Below, piece by piece: positions 18,908 through 28,228 of a stretch of 64,000 bases of DNA. The DNA comes from an uncultured Acidimicrobiia bacterium (GTDB taxonomy: Bacteria > Acidobacteriota > Terriglobia > Versatilivoradales > Versatilivoraceae). Where the stretch lies: the NCBI GenBank assembly GCA_963786955.1, contig CAWBAT010000008.1, positions 128,001 to 192,000 of the forward strand, written 5' to 3'. The notes under the pieces were generated by a model. That model worked only from the letters and a program-made list of their open reading frames with translations. It was not told where the DNA came from and made no database searches. A program made the position numbers and the translations under genes. Position 1 is the stretch's first letter; each line of letters opens with the position of its first letter.

Positions 18908-19951
18908 TCATGCCGGCGCGGAGCCGTTCGGATTCAGTAAAGGCACTCCTTGTTCACGAAGCCAGTGGATCCAACCTTCGAGCTGATTAAGACGAAGCGG
19001 TTGATCGCTCACATGGACAGCGGGTTTCAATCCAAAACGTTCGAGTTTGCTCTTCCCTAGTGGATGATAGGGAAGCAGCTGAACCCCTGTGAGATTCGGC
19101 AACGAACGGGACAATGCGGCAATCGCCGCGAAGTGATCTTCCCGGTCGTTAAAGCCGGGAACGATGGGACACTGCAGTTGGATCCTGGCTCCTGCGTCGT
19201 GCAGGAAACGAAGATTTTGCAGGATGAGTTGGTTGGAGTGGCCTGTAAACTCAGCGTGGCGACCCGGATCGGTTTCCTTAAAGTCGTAAAGGAACAAATC
19301 GACCAAAGGTAAGACACGGAGGAATCGTTCCCGATTCGCAAAGCCAGCGGTTTCGAGACAACGATGAATCCCTTGTTCCTTAGTTGCGGACAGTAAGGCA
19401 ACAGCGAAATCGATCTGCGCCATGGGTTCTCCGCCGGACAGAGTTAAACCGCCGCCTGAGGTGACGTAGAAAGCTTTGTCCTGAACCACTTCCTTCATGA
19501 CCTCCTTCACGCTCATTGGGCGGCCCACGATTTCCACCGTACGCGTATCGCAAACCTCGGTGCAGTGGCCACAAGTAATGCAGTGCTCGCGGTCATACAC
19601 ATGGGTTATCGTCGAGTCGTCGGATTCTGAAGCGACAAGATGATGGGCGCCTTGGGGACACACTCGGACACACTCCCCGCAGCCCATACATTTCTCAGGA
19701 AGGAATGAAATGATCGGTGAAGGGCTCATCCCTTCGGGATTGTGGCACCACAGGCAGCGAAGGGGACAACCTTTGAGGAACACCGTTGTGCGGATTCCGG
19801 GTCCATCATGGATCGAGAAACGCTGGATATCAAAGACGCGTCCAAAAGGTTCGCCATTGATCCTTGCATTCTCAAACACAGTTTCAGCTTGCGGATTTTC
19901 TAGCATGCATTTCCAACCAGCGACGTCCTGAACGGTCGTCGCAAGTATCAA
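18908..19951 (-). CDS. Glycyl-radical enzyme activating enzyme (radical SAM with 2x[4Fe-4S] ferredoxin insert)
   Basis: IQRFSIHDGPGIRTTVFLKGCPLRCLWCHNPE; CMGCGECVRVC and CITCGHCTEVC; GGLTLSGGEP; LLPYH. The TTG start overlaps the GRE stop; an alternative ATG is at 19906. Confidence 0.95.
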   Translation of the reverse strand: MILATTVQDVAGWKCMLENPQAETVFENARINGEPFGRVFDIQRFSIHDGPGIRTTVFLKGCPLRCLWCHNPEGMSPSPIISFLPEKCMGCGECVRVCPQGAHHLVASESDDSTITHVYDREHCITCGHCTEVCDTRTVEIVGRPMSVKEVMKEVVQDKAFYVTSGGGLTLSGGEPMAQIDFAVALLSATKEQGIHRCLETAGFANRERFLRVLPLVDLFLYDFKETDPGRHAEFTGHSNQLILQNLRFLHDAGARIQLQCPIVPGFNDREDHFAAIAALSRSLPNLTGVQLLPYHPLGKSKLERFGLKPAVHVSDQPLRLNQLEGWIHWLREQGVPLLNPNGSAPA

Positions 19952-22174
19952 TGTTCACAGAGGATTCGATCCACAACGAACTGACGCATCTCGGGTGAAA
20001 GACTGGCAAAATAAGCACTGAATCCCGTTACGCGAACGATTAGATCCGGAAACTTCGAGGGGTCTTTATGCGCCTCGAGGATCTGTTGGTTGTTCAAGAT
20101 GTTGATATTCACCTGAGTGCCGCCTAACTCACAATGCCCGCGAATCAAGGCCGCGACTTTGTCAACATCGTCGGGAGTGTTCGTGAGGCTAGGATCGAGG
20201 TCGATCTGGAGTGGAGAGGCGTTTCCGTATCCGGACTGAACCGAAGCCACGGCCACGGCCAGTGCGGTCGGAGCGCCATCCTTGCGGAAGCCCGGGTCGG
20301 GATTGGCGCCATGAGAGATGGGGTCACCGGCATGGCGGCCATTGGGTGTGGCCCCGATTTTCCTTCCCATCGAAAGGTTAAGCACCCAGGAGAAAAGTCC
20401 GGGAATCATCATGAATCCCCGAGGCGTGGTTTTCTCTTTCACCGTTTCGGAGAAGGCCTGGGAGATGCGAACTGCCCACTCATCGCCTAAGGAGCCGCCG
20501 CTTCCGAAGCGTGGAGAGTTCTTCATCATGATGCGAGCCCGCTCACCCTCGGGGCCGGTCCAGTTTGATTCAAGGTGCGTGCGCAACTCCTCCCACGTGA
20601 GGCGGGGCTGTTTCTCGAGACGTTGTTCCAATGCGGCAAAGGAATCGGCCGCGGTGGCCAGTGCCGCGCCATCCACTCCGAAGGTATAGTACTCAACGCC
20701 GCCGTTGCTGGCGTCGAGGCCCTTTTCGATGGTTCCATGGCAAAGGAGATCGAGGACTAGTTCCGGGAATACCTTGTGAAAGTGTTCGTACTGGAAGTCG
20801 AACCCTTTGGCAACCGTGTCGACGGCAGCGTGAAGGTGCTGCCGGAATCGCTTCCAGAGGACAGCGACGCTGGGTTCGACCGCCGGGTGCGCCAGCACGT
20901 CTCGCCACGCGACTTCGAAGATGGCCGCAAAATTAACCTTGGCGATATCCATGAGCGCATACTCGCGCCCCGGAATGGCCAACCAATGGCAACCGGCATA
21001 GGCCCGCTCGCGGGCCAGCTCAAGGGGGAATCCATTGGCGGCGAAGCCCGCGACGGTGTTATCTACCCCCAGAAATTTGGGCACTCCGCAACGGTCTTCA
21101 AACAGGATTTCGACGCCGCGCCGGATCAACCGGGGGTCCACGTTCTTTCCGACGCAGACTCCAATGTTTGCCGGAATCCGCAACCGGTGAGCCGCTTCGA
21201 GGATTAGAAAAGATACGGGATTGGTGGCTTCCTGGCCGCGGGCATCCGGACCACCGAGTTGGATGTAAGCGGGATCGCGCACCAGATGGCACCCGATATG
21301 GAAGATGGCTTCTTCATCAGTCAGCCGACCGGCTTTGGTGTCGGCTAGATAGTAAGGCAGCAGGAGCACATCCAGGCGGCCGAGGGATCCGCTGGTGTTG
21401 TACATGCGGGCGATACTCTGGTACCAAAGAATCCACTGACAGGCTTCACGGAAGGTTCGCGGAGGGTTCGAAACCAAATACTCGTTCATCTCGGCAATCT
21501 CGAGCAGGTTTTGTCTCATCTCCTCGTTCTGGGCAGCCAGGCGGCGCGCAGCCTCGGCGTGACGCTGAATCCAGTCTTGTGCCCCCAGAACAACGTGCTC
21601 CAGCCCTGCATAGAAATCTTCACTCGCAGGATTGTTGACACGGTAACGATTAATTTTCTCAAGCAGCCCGCCCCAGCCGAGATTGAGCCCTATCTCCATG
21701 TCCTGGCACATGTGATTCACACCACCGATGGCCGGGATGGTTTGATACTTGGCATGTTCAGCAAGCAATTCGGAACAATCAATATCAGGATTCCAAACGA
21801 CTGTCCGGTAGGCCATGAAATTCACCATATAGGCCCCGGCAAGCGAGGACAGGGGATCGATGTAGACGGGATGAACTTCGAGAAGTCTGCGAAAGTTTTC
21901 CCCGGTGGAGCGAGGCCCGAAGAAACCACCACTGCGGATGATTCGGCGTGGGCCTGAACGTGTTCATGATGACATCAGTGAAATAGACTCCTGAACCGCC
22001 GAGAGTCTCGACGGTTTCGCGGATTTCCTTGGGCGGCAGGATGATCGCAAAATCATCGAAGTCCATGGCGCCGCGGACCTGCTGCTTTTCAAGCGTCTGC
22101 TGCTGTTTGCTCTCGCGAAGTGCCGCCAGGCGGTCATTAATGGAAAGTTGTTCGATGGTTCCTGTTGCTTTCAT
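19948..22174 (-). pseudogene. Glycyl-radical enzyme (PFL superfamily), copy B, with a single +1 frameshift near 21934
   Basis: Colinear with copy A. ORFs 21785-22174 and 19948-21828 join if one base is removed (CAT CCG C AGT vs CAT CCC AGT in copy A), restoring 741 aa. IVRVTGFS glycyl motif and GCHW Cys loop. The frameshift may be an assembly error. Confidence 0.85.
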
Positions 22175-22225
22175 AAGGAAGGTCTCCTGTACCGATTCTC
22201 AAGAATACGAAGGCCGCCGCAAGTA

Positions 22226-24451
22226 TCAATGTTCACAGAGGATTCGATCCACAACGAACTGACGCATCTCGGGTGAAAGACTGGCAAAATAAGCACTGAA
22301 TCCCGTTACGCGAACGATCAGATCCGGAAACTTCGAGGGGTCTTTATGCGCCTCGAGGACCTGCTGGTTGTTCAAGACATTGATATTCACTTGAGTGCCG
22401 CCTAACTCGCAATGCCCGCGAATCAAGGCCAAGACCTTGTCAACATCCTCGGATGTGTTCGTGAGGCTGGGATCGAGGTCAATCTGGAGCGGAGAGGCGT
22501 TCCCGTATCCCGGCTGAACCGAAGCCACGGCCACGGCCAGTGCGGTCGGAGCGCCATCCTTGCGGAAGCCCGGGTCGGGATTGGCGCCATGAGAGATGGG
22601 GTCGCCCGCATGCCGGCCATTGGGTGTAGCCCCGATTTTTCTTCCCATCGAAAGGTTGAGCACCCAGGAGAACAGGCCCGGAATCATCATGAAACCCCGG
22701 GGGGTGGGTTTTTCCTTCACGGTCTCGGTAAAAGCCTGGGAAATGCGAACTGCCCACTCGTCGCCTAAAGAACCGCCGCTTCCGAAGCGCGGGGAGTTCT
22801 TCATCATGATGCGAGCGCGCTCACCTTCGGGGCCCGCCCAGTCTGATTCCAGGTGCGCGCGCAACTCTTCCCACGTCAGGCGGGGCCTTTTCTCGAGACG
22901 TTGTTCCAATGCGGCAAAGGAATCGGCCGCGGTGGCCAGTGCCGCGCCATCCACTCCGAAGGTATAGTACTCAACGCCGCCGTTGCTGGCGTCGAGGCCC
23001 TTTTCGATGGTTCCATGGCAGAGGAGATCGAGGACAAGTTCCGGGAAAATCTTGTGAAAATGTTCGTACTGGAAATCGATACCCTTGGCCACTGTGTCCA
23101 TTGCAGAACGCAAGTGTTGCCGGAATCGCTCCCACAGCACGGCGACGCTGGGCTCGATCGTCTTGTCTGCCAACATCTCTCGGAGCGCCACTTCGAAAAT
23201 AGCGGCCAGATTCACTTTGACGATATCCATGAGCGCATACTCGCGCCCCGGAATGGCCAGCCAGTGGCAACCCGCGTAGACGCGATCGCGAGCTAGCTCC
23301 AGGGGAAATCCATTCGCGGCAAAGCCCGCGACGGTATTATCTACCCCCAGAAATTTGGGCACTCCGCAACGGTCTTCAATCAGAATTTCGACGCCACGCC
23401 GGATCAACCGGGGATCCACGTTCTTGCCGACGCACACTCCAATGTTTGCCGGAATCCGCAGCCGGTGAGCCGCTTCCAGGATCAGGAAAGAAACGGGATT
23501 AGTGGCGTCCTGACCGCTGGCATCCGGACCGCCGAGTTGGATGTAAGCGGTGTCGCGCACCAAGTGACATGCGATATGGAAGATGGCTTCTTCATCGGTC
23601 AGCCTTCCGGCCCGGGTGTCGGCTTCGTAGTAAGGGAGGAGGATTACATCGAGCCTACCGAGGGATCCGCTGCTGTTGTACATGCGGGCGATACTCTGGT
23701 ACCACAGAATCCACTGGCAGGCTTCGCGGAAAGTTCGCGGCGGATTCGAAACCAAATATTCGTTCATCTCGGCAATCTCGAGCAGATTCTGTTTCATCTC
23801 CACGTCCTCGGCAGCCATGCGGCGCGCAGCCTCGGCGTGACGCTGAATCCAGTCTTGTGTCCCCAGAACAACGTGCTCCAGTCCTGCATAGAAATCTTCA
23901 CTCGCGGGGTTGTTGGCCCGGAAACGATTGATTTTTTCGAGGATACCTCCCCAGCCCAGTTTCAGCCCCATCTCCATATCCTGGCACATGTGCTGCACGC
24001 CGCCGATGGCCGGAATAGTTTGATACTTGGCATGTTCAGCAAGCAGTTCGGAAGAATCAATATCCGGATTCCAGACGACCGTCCGGTAGGCCATGAAATT
24101 CACCATATAGGCTCCGGCAAGAGAGGATATGGGATCGATGTAGACTGGATGGGTTTCGAGAAGTCTGCGAAAATTTTCGCCATTGGAGCGAGGCCCGAAG
24201 AAACCACCACTGGGATGATTGGGCGTTGGACTGAACGTGTTCATGATCACGTCAGTGAAATAAACTCCCGAGCCACCAAGAGTCTGTATGGTTTGGCGAA
24301 TTTCCTTGGGCGGCAGGATGATTGCGTGATCATCAAAGTCCATGGCGCCGCGGATCTGCTGCTTTTCAAGCGTCTGGTGCTGTTTGCTCTCGCGCAGCGC
24401 CGCCAGGCGGTCAATAGTGGAAAGTCGTTCCATGGTTCCGGTTGGTTTCAT
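22226..24451 (-). CDS. Glycyl-radical enzyme (PFL superfamily), copy A, intact
   Basis: PPRTFREACQ, SLGRLD, IQLGG, AGCHW Cys loop, GATPNGRHAGDPISHG and C-terminal LIVRVTGFSAYF glycyl-radical motif; RBS AGGAG. Confidence 0.95.
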   Translation of the reverse strand: MKPTGTMERLSTIDRLAALRESKQHQTLEKQQIRGAMDFDDHAIILPPKEIRQTIQTLGGSGVYFTDVIMNTFSPTPNHPSGGFFGPRSNGENFRRLLETHPVYIDPISSLAGAYMVNFMAYRTVVWNPDIDSSELLAEHAKYQTIPAIGGVQHMCQDMEMGLKLGWGGILEKINRFRANNPASEDFYAGLEHVVLGTQDWIQRHAEAARRMAAEDVEMKQNLLEIAEMNEYLVSNPPRTFREACQWILWYQSIARMYNSSGSLGRLDVILLPYYEADTRAGRLTDEEAIFHIACHLVRDTAYIQLGGPDASGQDATNPVSFLILEAAHRLRIPANIGVCVGKNVDPRLIRRGVEILIEDRCGVPKFLGVDNTVAGFAANGFPLELARDRVYAGCHWLAIPGREYALMDIVKVNLAAIFEVALREMLADKTIEPSVAVLWERFRQHLRSAMDTVAKGIDFQYEHFHKIFPELVLDLLCHGTIEKGLDASNGGVEYYTFGVDGAALATAADSFAALEQRLEKRPRLTWEELRAHLESDWAGPEGERARIMMKNSPRFGSGGSLGDEWAVRISQAFTETVKEKPTPRGFMMIPGLFSWVLNLSMGRKIGATPNGRHAGDPISHGANPDPGFRKDGAPTALAVAVASVQPGYGNASPLQIDLDPSLTNTSEDVDKVLALIRGHCELGGTQVNINVLNNQQVLEAHKDPSKFPDLIVRVTGFSAYFASLSPEMRQFVVDRILCEH

Positions 24452-24614
24452 AAGGAAGGTCTCCTGTATCGTTTCTCAAGAATACGAAGGAAGCAAAATT
24501 CTACTAAGAAGACTCGAGGGGTGAATCAAACAAGATTCAAACTGACACTGCCGTGCGTGCGTTGGGAATGTTGCCCCCGGCACAGAGCAAACCCACGATT
24601 ATTATAGCGTCGTA

Positions 24615-24769
24615 CTTGTTCAAATGAATACAAGATTACTTTCATTATTTACCAAAATATGCTTTGGTATGTTGAAAAAATCATCAACCAAGCGACCGGT
24701 CAGCCGTACCGATAACATTAAATGTATAGCCGAAGTCTTATTGACAAAATAAAATTGCTTCGGCTTAAT
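24615..24769. promoter_or_regulatory. Divergent promoter region (GRE operon / GH3) with sigma70-like promoter and three palindromes
   Basis: TTGACA at 24741-24746 with a weak -10 region (CTTAAT 24764-24769); IRs AGCCGAAG/CTTCGGCT (24728-24765), TACCAAA/TTTGGTA (24650-24669) and CTTGT-N10-ACAAG (24615-24634). Confidence 0.5.
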
Positions 24770-24840
24770 GTCAGGCGCACGGGCACAGATAGCATTTCTG
24801 CATACTCAGGAGCTACTTACATATTCGCTAGGAGGGAATA

Positions 24841-27543
24841 GTGAATCGATCAAAGTACGGAATTATCGGGAAAGTTCTTCTCGGAAGTTTATGGGTCCTG
24901 ATGGTAGCGAGCCTGCTCCTGCAACCCGCGTATTCTCAAGAGGCAGGGGAGTCTGCGGGGCAAGCATTTCGCAATCCATCGTTACCTCTGGGGCAGCGCG
25001 TCGATGACTTGATTTCAAAAATGACCCTCGAGGAGAAAGTGCTTCAGATGCAGAATGCGGCTCCAGCGATTCCCAGGCTGAGGGTTCCAGCCTATGACTG
25101 GTGGAGTGAAGGACTGCATGGGGTAGCTCGTTCAGGGCATGCCACGGTATTTCCGCAAGCAATTGGAATGGCGGCCTCCTGGAATCCCGACCTCATTTTT
25201 CGCGAAGGCCGCGTCATCTCCACCGAAGCCCGAGCCAAATACAACCAGGCCCAGCGGGAAAATATCCACGGCACTTATTTTGGACTCACGTTTTGGTCAC
25301 CCAACATCAATATCTTTCGTGACCCTCGCTGGGGACGCGGTCAGGAGACCTACGGAGAAGATCCCTATCTGACCGGAAAGCTGGGAGTTGCCTTCGTCAA
25401 GGGAATGCAAGGGGATGATCCAAAATATCTGCAAACCGTAGCGACACCCAAGCATTATGCCGTTCATAGCGGTCCAGAGTCGAAGCGGCACGGGTTCAAC
25501 GTGAATATATCCACACATGATCTGGAGGATACGTACCTACCGGCTTTTCGTGCAACCGTCGTAGAAGGGAGCGCAGACTCGGTGATGTGCGCTTATAATT
25601 CCGTGGACGGTGAGCCGGCTTGTGCCAATCCATTCCTGCTTCAAAAGACGTTGCGGGATGCCTGGGGTTTTCAGGGTTATGTCACTTCCGACTGCTTCGC
25701 CATCACGGATTTCACCGCCGGGCACCACTTCACACCGGATGCCATGCACGCCTCGATCGCGGCGGTGCGCGCCGGGACAGATCTTACTTGCGGGGAAGAG
25801 TATGTGACACTGGCAAAAGCCGTCCAAGGGGGGTTGATCAAGGAAAGCGAGCTCGACACTTCACTGCGACGCTTATTTACGGCGCGGTTCCGGCTTGGCA
25901 TGTTCGATCCACCGGGTGCGGTTCCTTTTGATCAAATCCCCTTTACGAAGAATGACTCCCCCGAACATCGAAACCTTGCCTTGCAAGCTGCCCGTGAATC
26001 GATGGTGCTGCTTAAGAACAAAGATGGAGTGCTCCCCCTCAAGCCCAGCGTGAAGAAGATCGCGGTGGTGGGCCCGAATGCCGAAGCGTTGATTTCGCTG
26101 GAAGGGAACTACAATGGGGCCCCATCGAAACCCGTATTACCGCTGGAGGGCATGCGCAGACAGTTTGCAGGCAAGGCCGAAGTGCTCTACGCGCAGGGCT
26201 CTTCCTTTGTGGCGGAATTGCCCGTGCCAGTCCCTAGTACGGTGTTGCAATCCCGTGCACAATTGACGAACTCAGGACTCAAAGCCGAGTATTTCGCGAA
26301 TCTTGACTTCACAGGGAAGCCGGAGCTCGTGCGCCTCGATCCGCAGATTCAGTTTGACTGGAGTGGCGCGTCCCCCGCACCGGGAATTCCCATGCACGCC
26401 TTTGCCGTGCGCTGGAGCGGAACTCTGACTCCGCCAGCCCCCGGAGATTACACATTTGGGATTGAACAACCATTCTGCTGGCCTTGTGAAGACAAAGAGA
26501 CTTTCAGCCTCTATTTAGATGAAAAGCTCGTGTTGAGCAGCATCCAGGAAAATCGTAACCCGGCGGTACCGCAGTTTCAGACGCATTTCGCGGATGCGAA
26601 GCCACATAATTTTCGCCTGGAATATACCCACCGGGCGGAATTGTACGCTGCGGGCCTCACGCTTGTCTGGAAGGCACCAGCCGAAGTGTTGCGCGAAGAA
26701 GCCGTAAAGACAGCCCGACGCGCTGATGTGGTCGTTGCATTCATCGGGCTCTCACCGGGATTGGAAGGCGAGGAGATGGGTGTCCGCGTTGAAGGCTTCA
26801 ATGGGGGGGACCGCACAGACATCGGTTTGCCGCGTGCTCAGCAGGATCTAGTGGAGGCGTTGAAAGCCACCGGGAAACCTCTGATCGTGGTGCTCATGAA
26901 TGGCAGTGCGCTTGCCGTTAATTGGGCCGAGGAACATGCCGCGGCAATTCTGGAAGCTTGGTATCCGGGCGGGGAAGGCGGCACGGCGATTGCTGAAACG
27001 CTCGCCGGCCTGAACAATCCTGGCGGGAGGCTGCCCATCACCTTCTACGCCTCGCTCGACCAGTTTCCTTCGTTTGACGAATACTCCATGCAAAATCGAA
27101 CCTACCGGTATTTTCGGGGCAAACCGCTCTATGGATTTGGCTACGGCTTGAGTTATGCAAAGTTTGCTTATAGCAAACTCAAGCTCTCTTCGTCCCAGGT
27201 CAAGGCCGGCGATCCGCTTAAGCTCGAGGTCAATGTGCGCAACACCGCGAAGGTCGCGGGCGATGAAGTTGTGCAGCTCTATCTTTCGAAACATGAAAAC
27301 GCCCCAGCGCAGCTGGTCCGTGCGCTGCGGGGATTTGAGCGGATTCATCTGGCCCCGGGTGAAACGAAGCAAGTCACATTTGCGCTGAGTCCGCGTGAAT
27401 TGAGCCTGGTTACAGAACAAGGAGAACACGCGATTCTACCCGGCAAATATCAGTTATTTGTAGGAGGCAGCCAGCCCGGGCAGGGCTCATCGGGTGCCGA
27501 GGCAAGTTTTGAGACGATCGGCGAAGTGAAATTACCCAGGTAG
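24841..27543 (+). CDS. GH3 beta-glucosidase/beta-xylosidase with PA14 and Fn3-like domains
   Basis: Signal peptide; WWSEGLHG, WSPNINIFRDPRWGRGQETYGED, KHY, VTSDC nucleophile, PA14 insert (GLKAEYF..FAVRWSG), LEGEE and LRGFERIHL. Confidence 0.95.
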   Translation: MNRSKYGIIGKVLLGSLWVLMVASLLLQPAYSQEAGESAGQAFRNPSLPLGQRVDDLISKMTLEEKVLQMQNAAPAIPRLRVPAYDWWSEGLHGVARSGHATVFPQAIGMAASWNPDLIFREGRVISTEARAKYNQAQRENIHGTYFGLTFWSPNINIFRDPRWGRGQETYGEDPYLTGKLGVAFVKGMQGDDPKYLQTVATPKHYAVHSGPESKRHGFNVNISTHDLEDTYLPAFRATVVEGSADSVMCAYNSVDGEPACANPFLLQKTLRDAWGFQGYVTSDCFAITDFTAGHHFTPDAMHASIAAVRAGTDLTCGEEYVTLAKAVQGGLIKESELDTSLRRLFTARFRLGMFDPPGAVPFDQIPFTKNDSPEHRNLALQAARESMVLLKNKDGVLPLKPSVKKIAVVGPNAEALISLEGNYNGAPSKPVLPLEGMRRQFAGKAEVLYAQGSSFVAELPVPVPSTVLQSRAQLTNSGLKAEYFANLDFTGKPELVRLDPQIQFDWSGASPAPGIPMHAFAVRWSGTLTPPAPGDYTFGIEQPFCWPCEDKETFSLYLDEKLVLSSIQENRNPAVPQFQTHFADAKPHNFRLEYTHRAELYAAGLTLVWKAPAEVLREEAVKTARRADVVVAFIGLSPGLEGEEMGVRVEGFNGGDRTDIGLPRAQQDLVEALKATGKPLIVVLMNGSALAVNWAEEHAAAILEAWYPGGEGGTAIAETLAGLNNPGGRLPITFYASLDQFPSFDEYSMQNRTYRYFRGKPLYGFGYGLSYAKFAYSKLKLSSSQVKAGDPLKLEVNVRNTAKVAGDEVVQLYLSKHENAPAQLVRALRGFERIHLAPGETKQVTFALSPRELSLVTEQGEHAILPGKYQLFVGGSQPGQGSSGAEASFETIGEVKLPR

Positions 27544-27589
27544 GTGTAAAAACCGAATCAATCGCATGTATCAGTGATGGAATGGTTCC

Positions 27590-28228
27590 GTGTCCAACAT
27601 TCACCGACTCAAGACCACGGATAAGTTATTCTTCATTACAACCAATTTGAACATAGGTGATCGGCCGTTTAACGAACCGGAATACCAGATCGTTGCCGAA
27701 ACGATCAACAGCGAAAGGCGGCGGCTCGGTTTCTTACTCTTTGGCTATGTACTGATGCCCGATCACTGGCACGCGCTCATTTGGCCCCCGTTGCCGATCA
27801 GCATATCGGGCATTTTGCGGAATGTGAAACGGGTGTCGTCGTCCAAGATCAACCGTCTGCGGCAAACGAGCGGGTCACGGTGGCAGCATCAGTTCTGGGA
27901 TCGGTTTGTCCGCGATACCCAGGAATTTGGAGAACGGTTGAAGTACATGCACATGAACCCGGTCCGCAAGGGTTTGATCGAGAAGCCAGAACAGTGGCGT
28001 TGGTCCAATTACAATAATTTCTCCCTCGACAAATCCATCGTGGCCATCTGTCCAGTCCAAATCGACTATGTTCACCTACCAGACAATTACCGTGCGAAAC
28101 AATCGGTAGCCACAATTGAACGCTGTTCGTTCAATCGTGGATGGGGGCGTGTGAATTACGTGGTATTTAGCTTCGCACATCCAGCCGTTCATGCTGGCGG
28201 AGAGGAGAGACGAGGGCCCAGAGGATGA
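27590..28228 (+). mobile_element. REP-associated tyrosine transposase (RAYT / Y1 HUH, IS200-like)
   Basis: FFITT; HUH motif YVLMPDHWHALI; WQHQFWDRFVRD; catalytic Tyr in YMHMNPVRKGL; W.WS. The C-terminus runs on into the convergent MFS gene. Confidence 0.88.

Noticed and set aside
22226-24451. Annotation as pyruvate formate-lyase (pflB) or choline TMA-lyase (cutC)
   Set aside because: It lacks the PFL Cys-Cys pair and the GCVE motif; only superfamily membership is supported.
23465-24607. 380-aa antisense ORF over GRE copy A (similar cases at 7829-8665, 14315-15226, 32385-33509 and 59516-60322)
   Set aside because: Antisense mirror frames caused by codon bias; no recognisable domains, and the equivalent frame is broken in GRE copy B.
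24616-24633. TGT-N10-ACA as a NifA upstream activator site
   Set aside because: No nif genes are present and I noticed no sigma54 -24/-12 box; it is kept only as a generic palindrome.
28192-28204. 13-bp match (TGCTGGCGGAGAG) to the tRNA-Ser 3' end region at 54139-54151, as a possible att site of a 26-kb island
   Set aside because: Only 10 bp belong to the tRNA, the match lies inside coding sequence, and no integrase is present. It is worth rechecking only if comparative genomics puts a breakpoint here.
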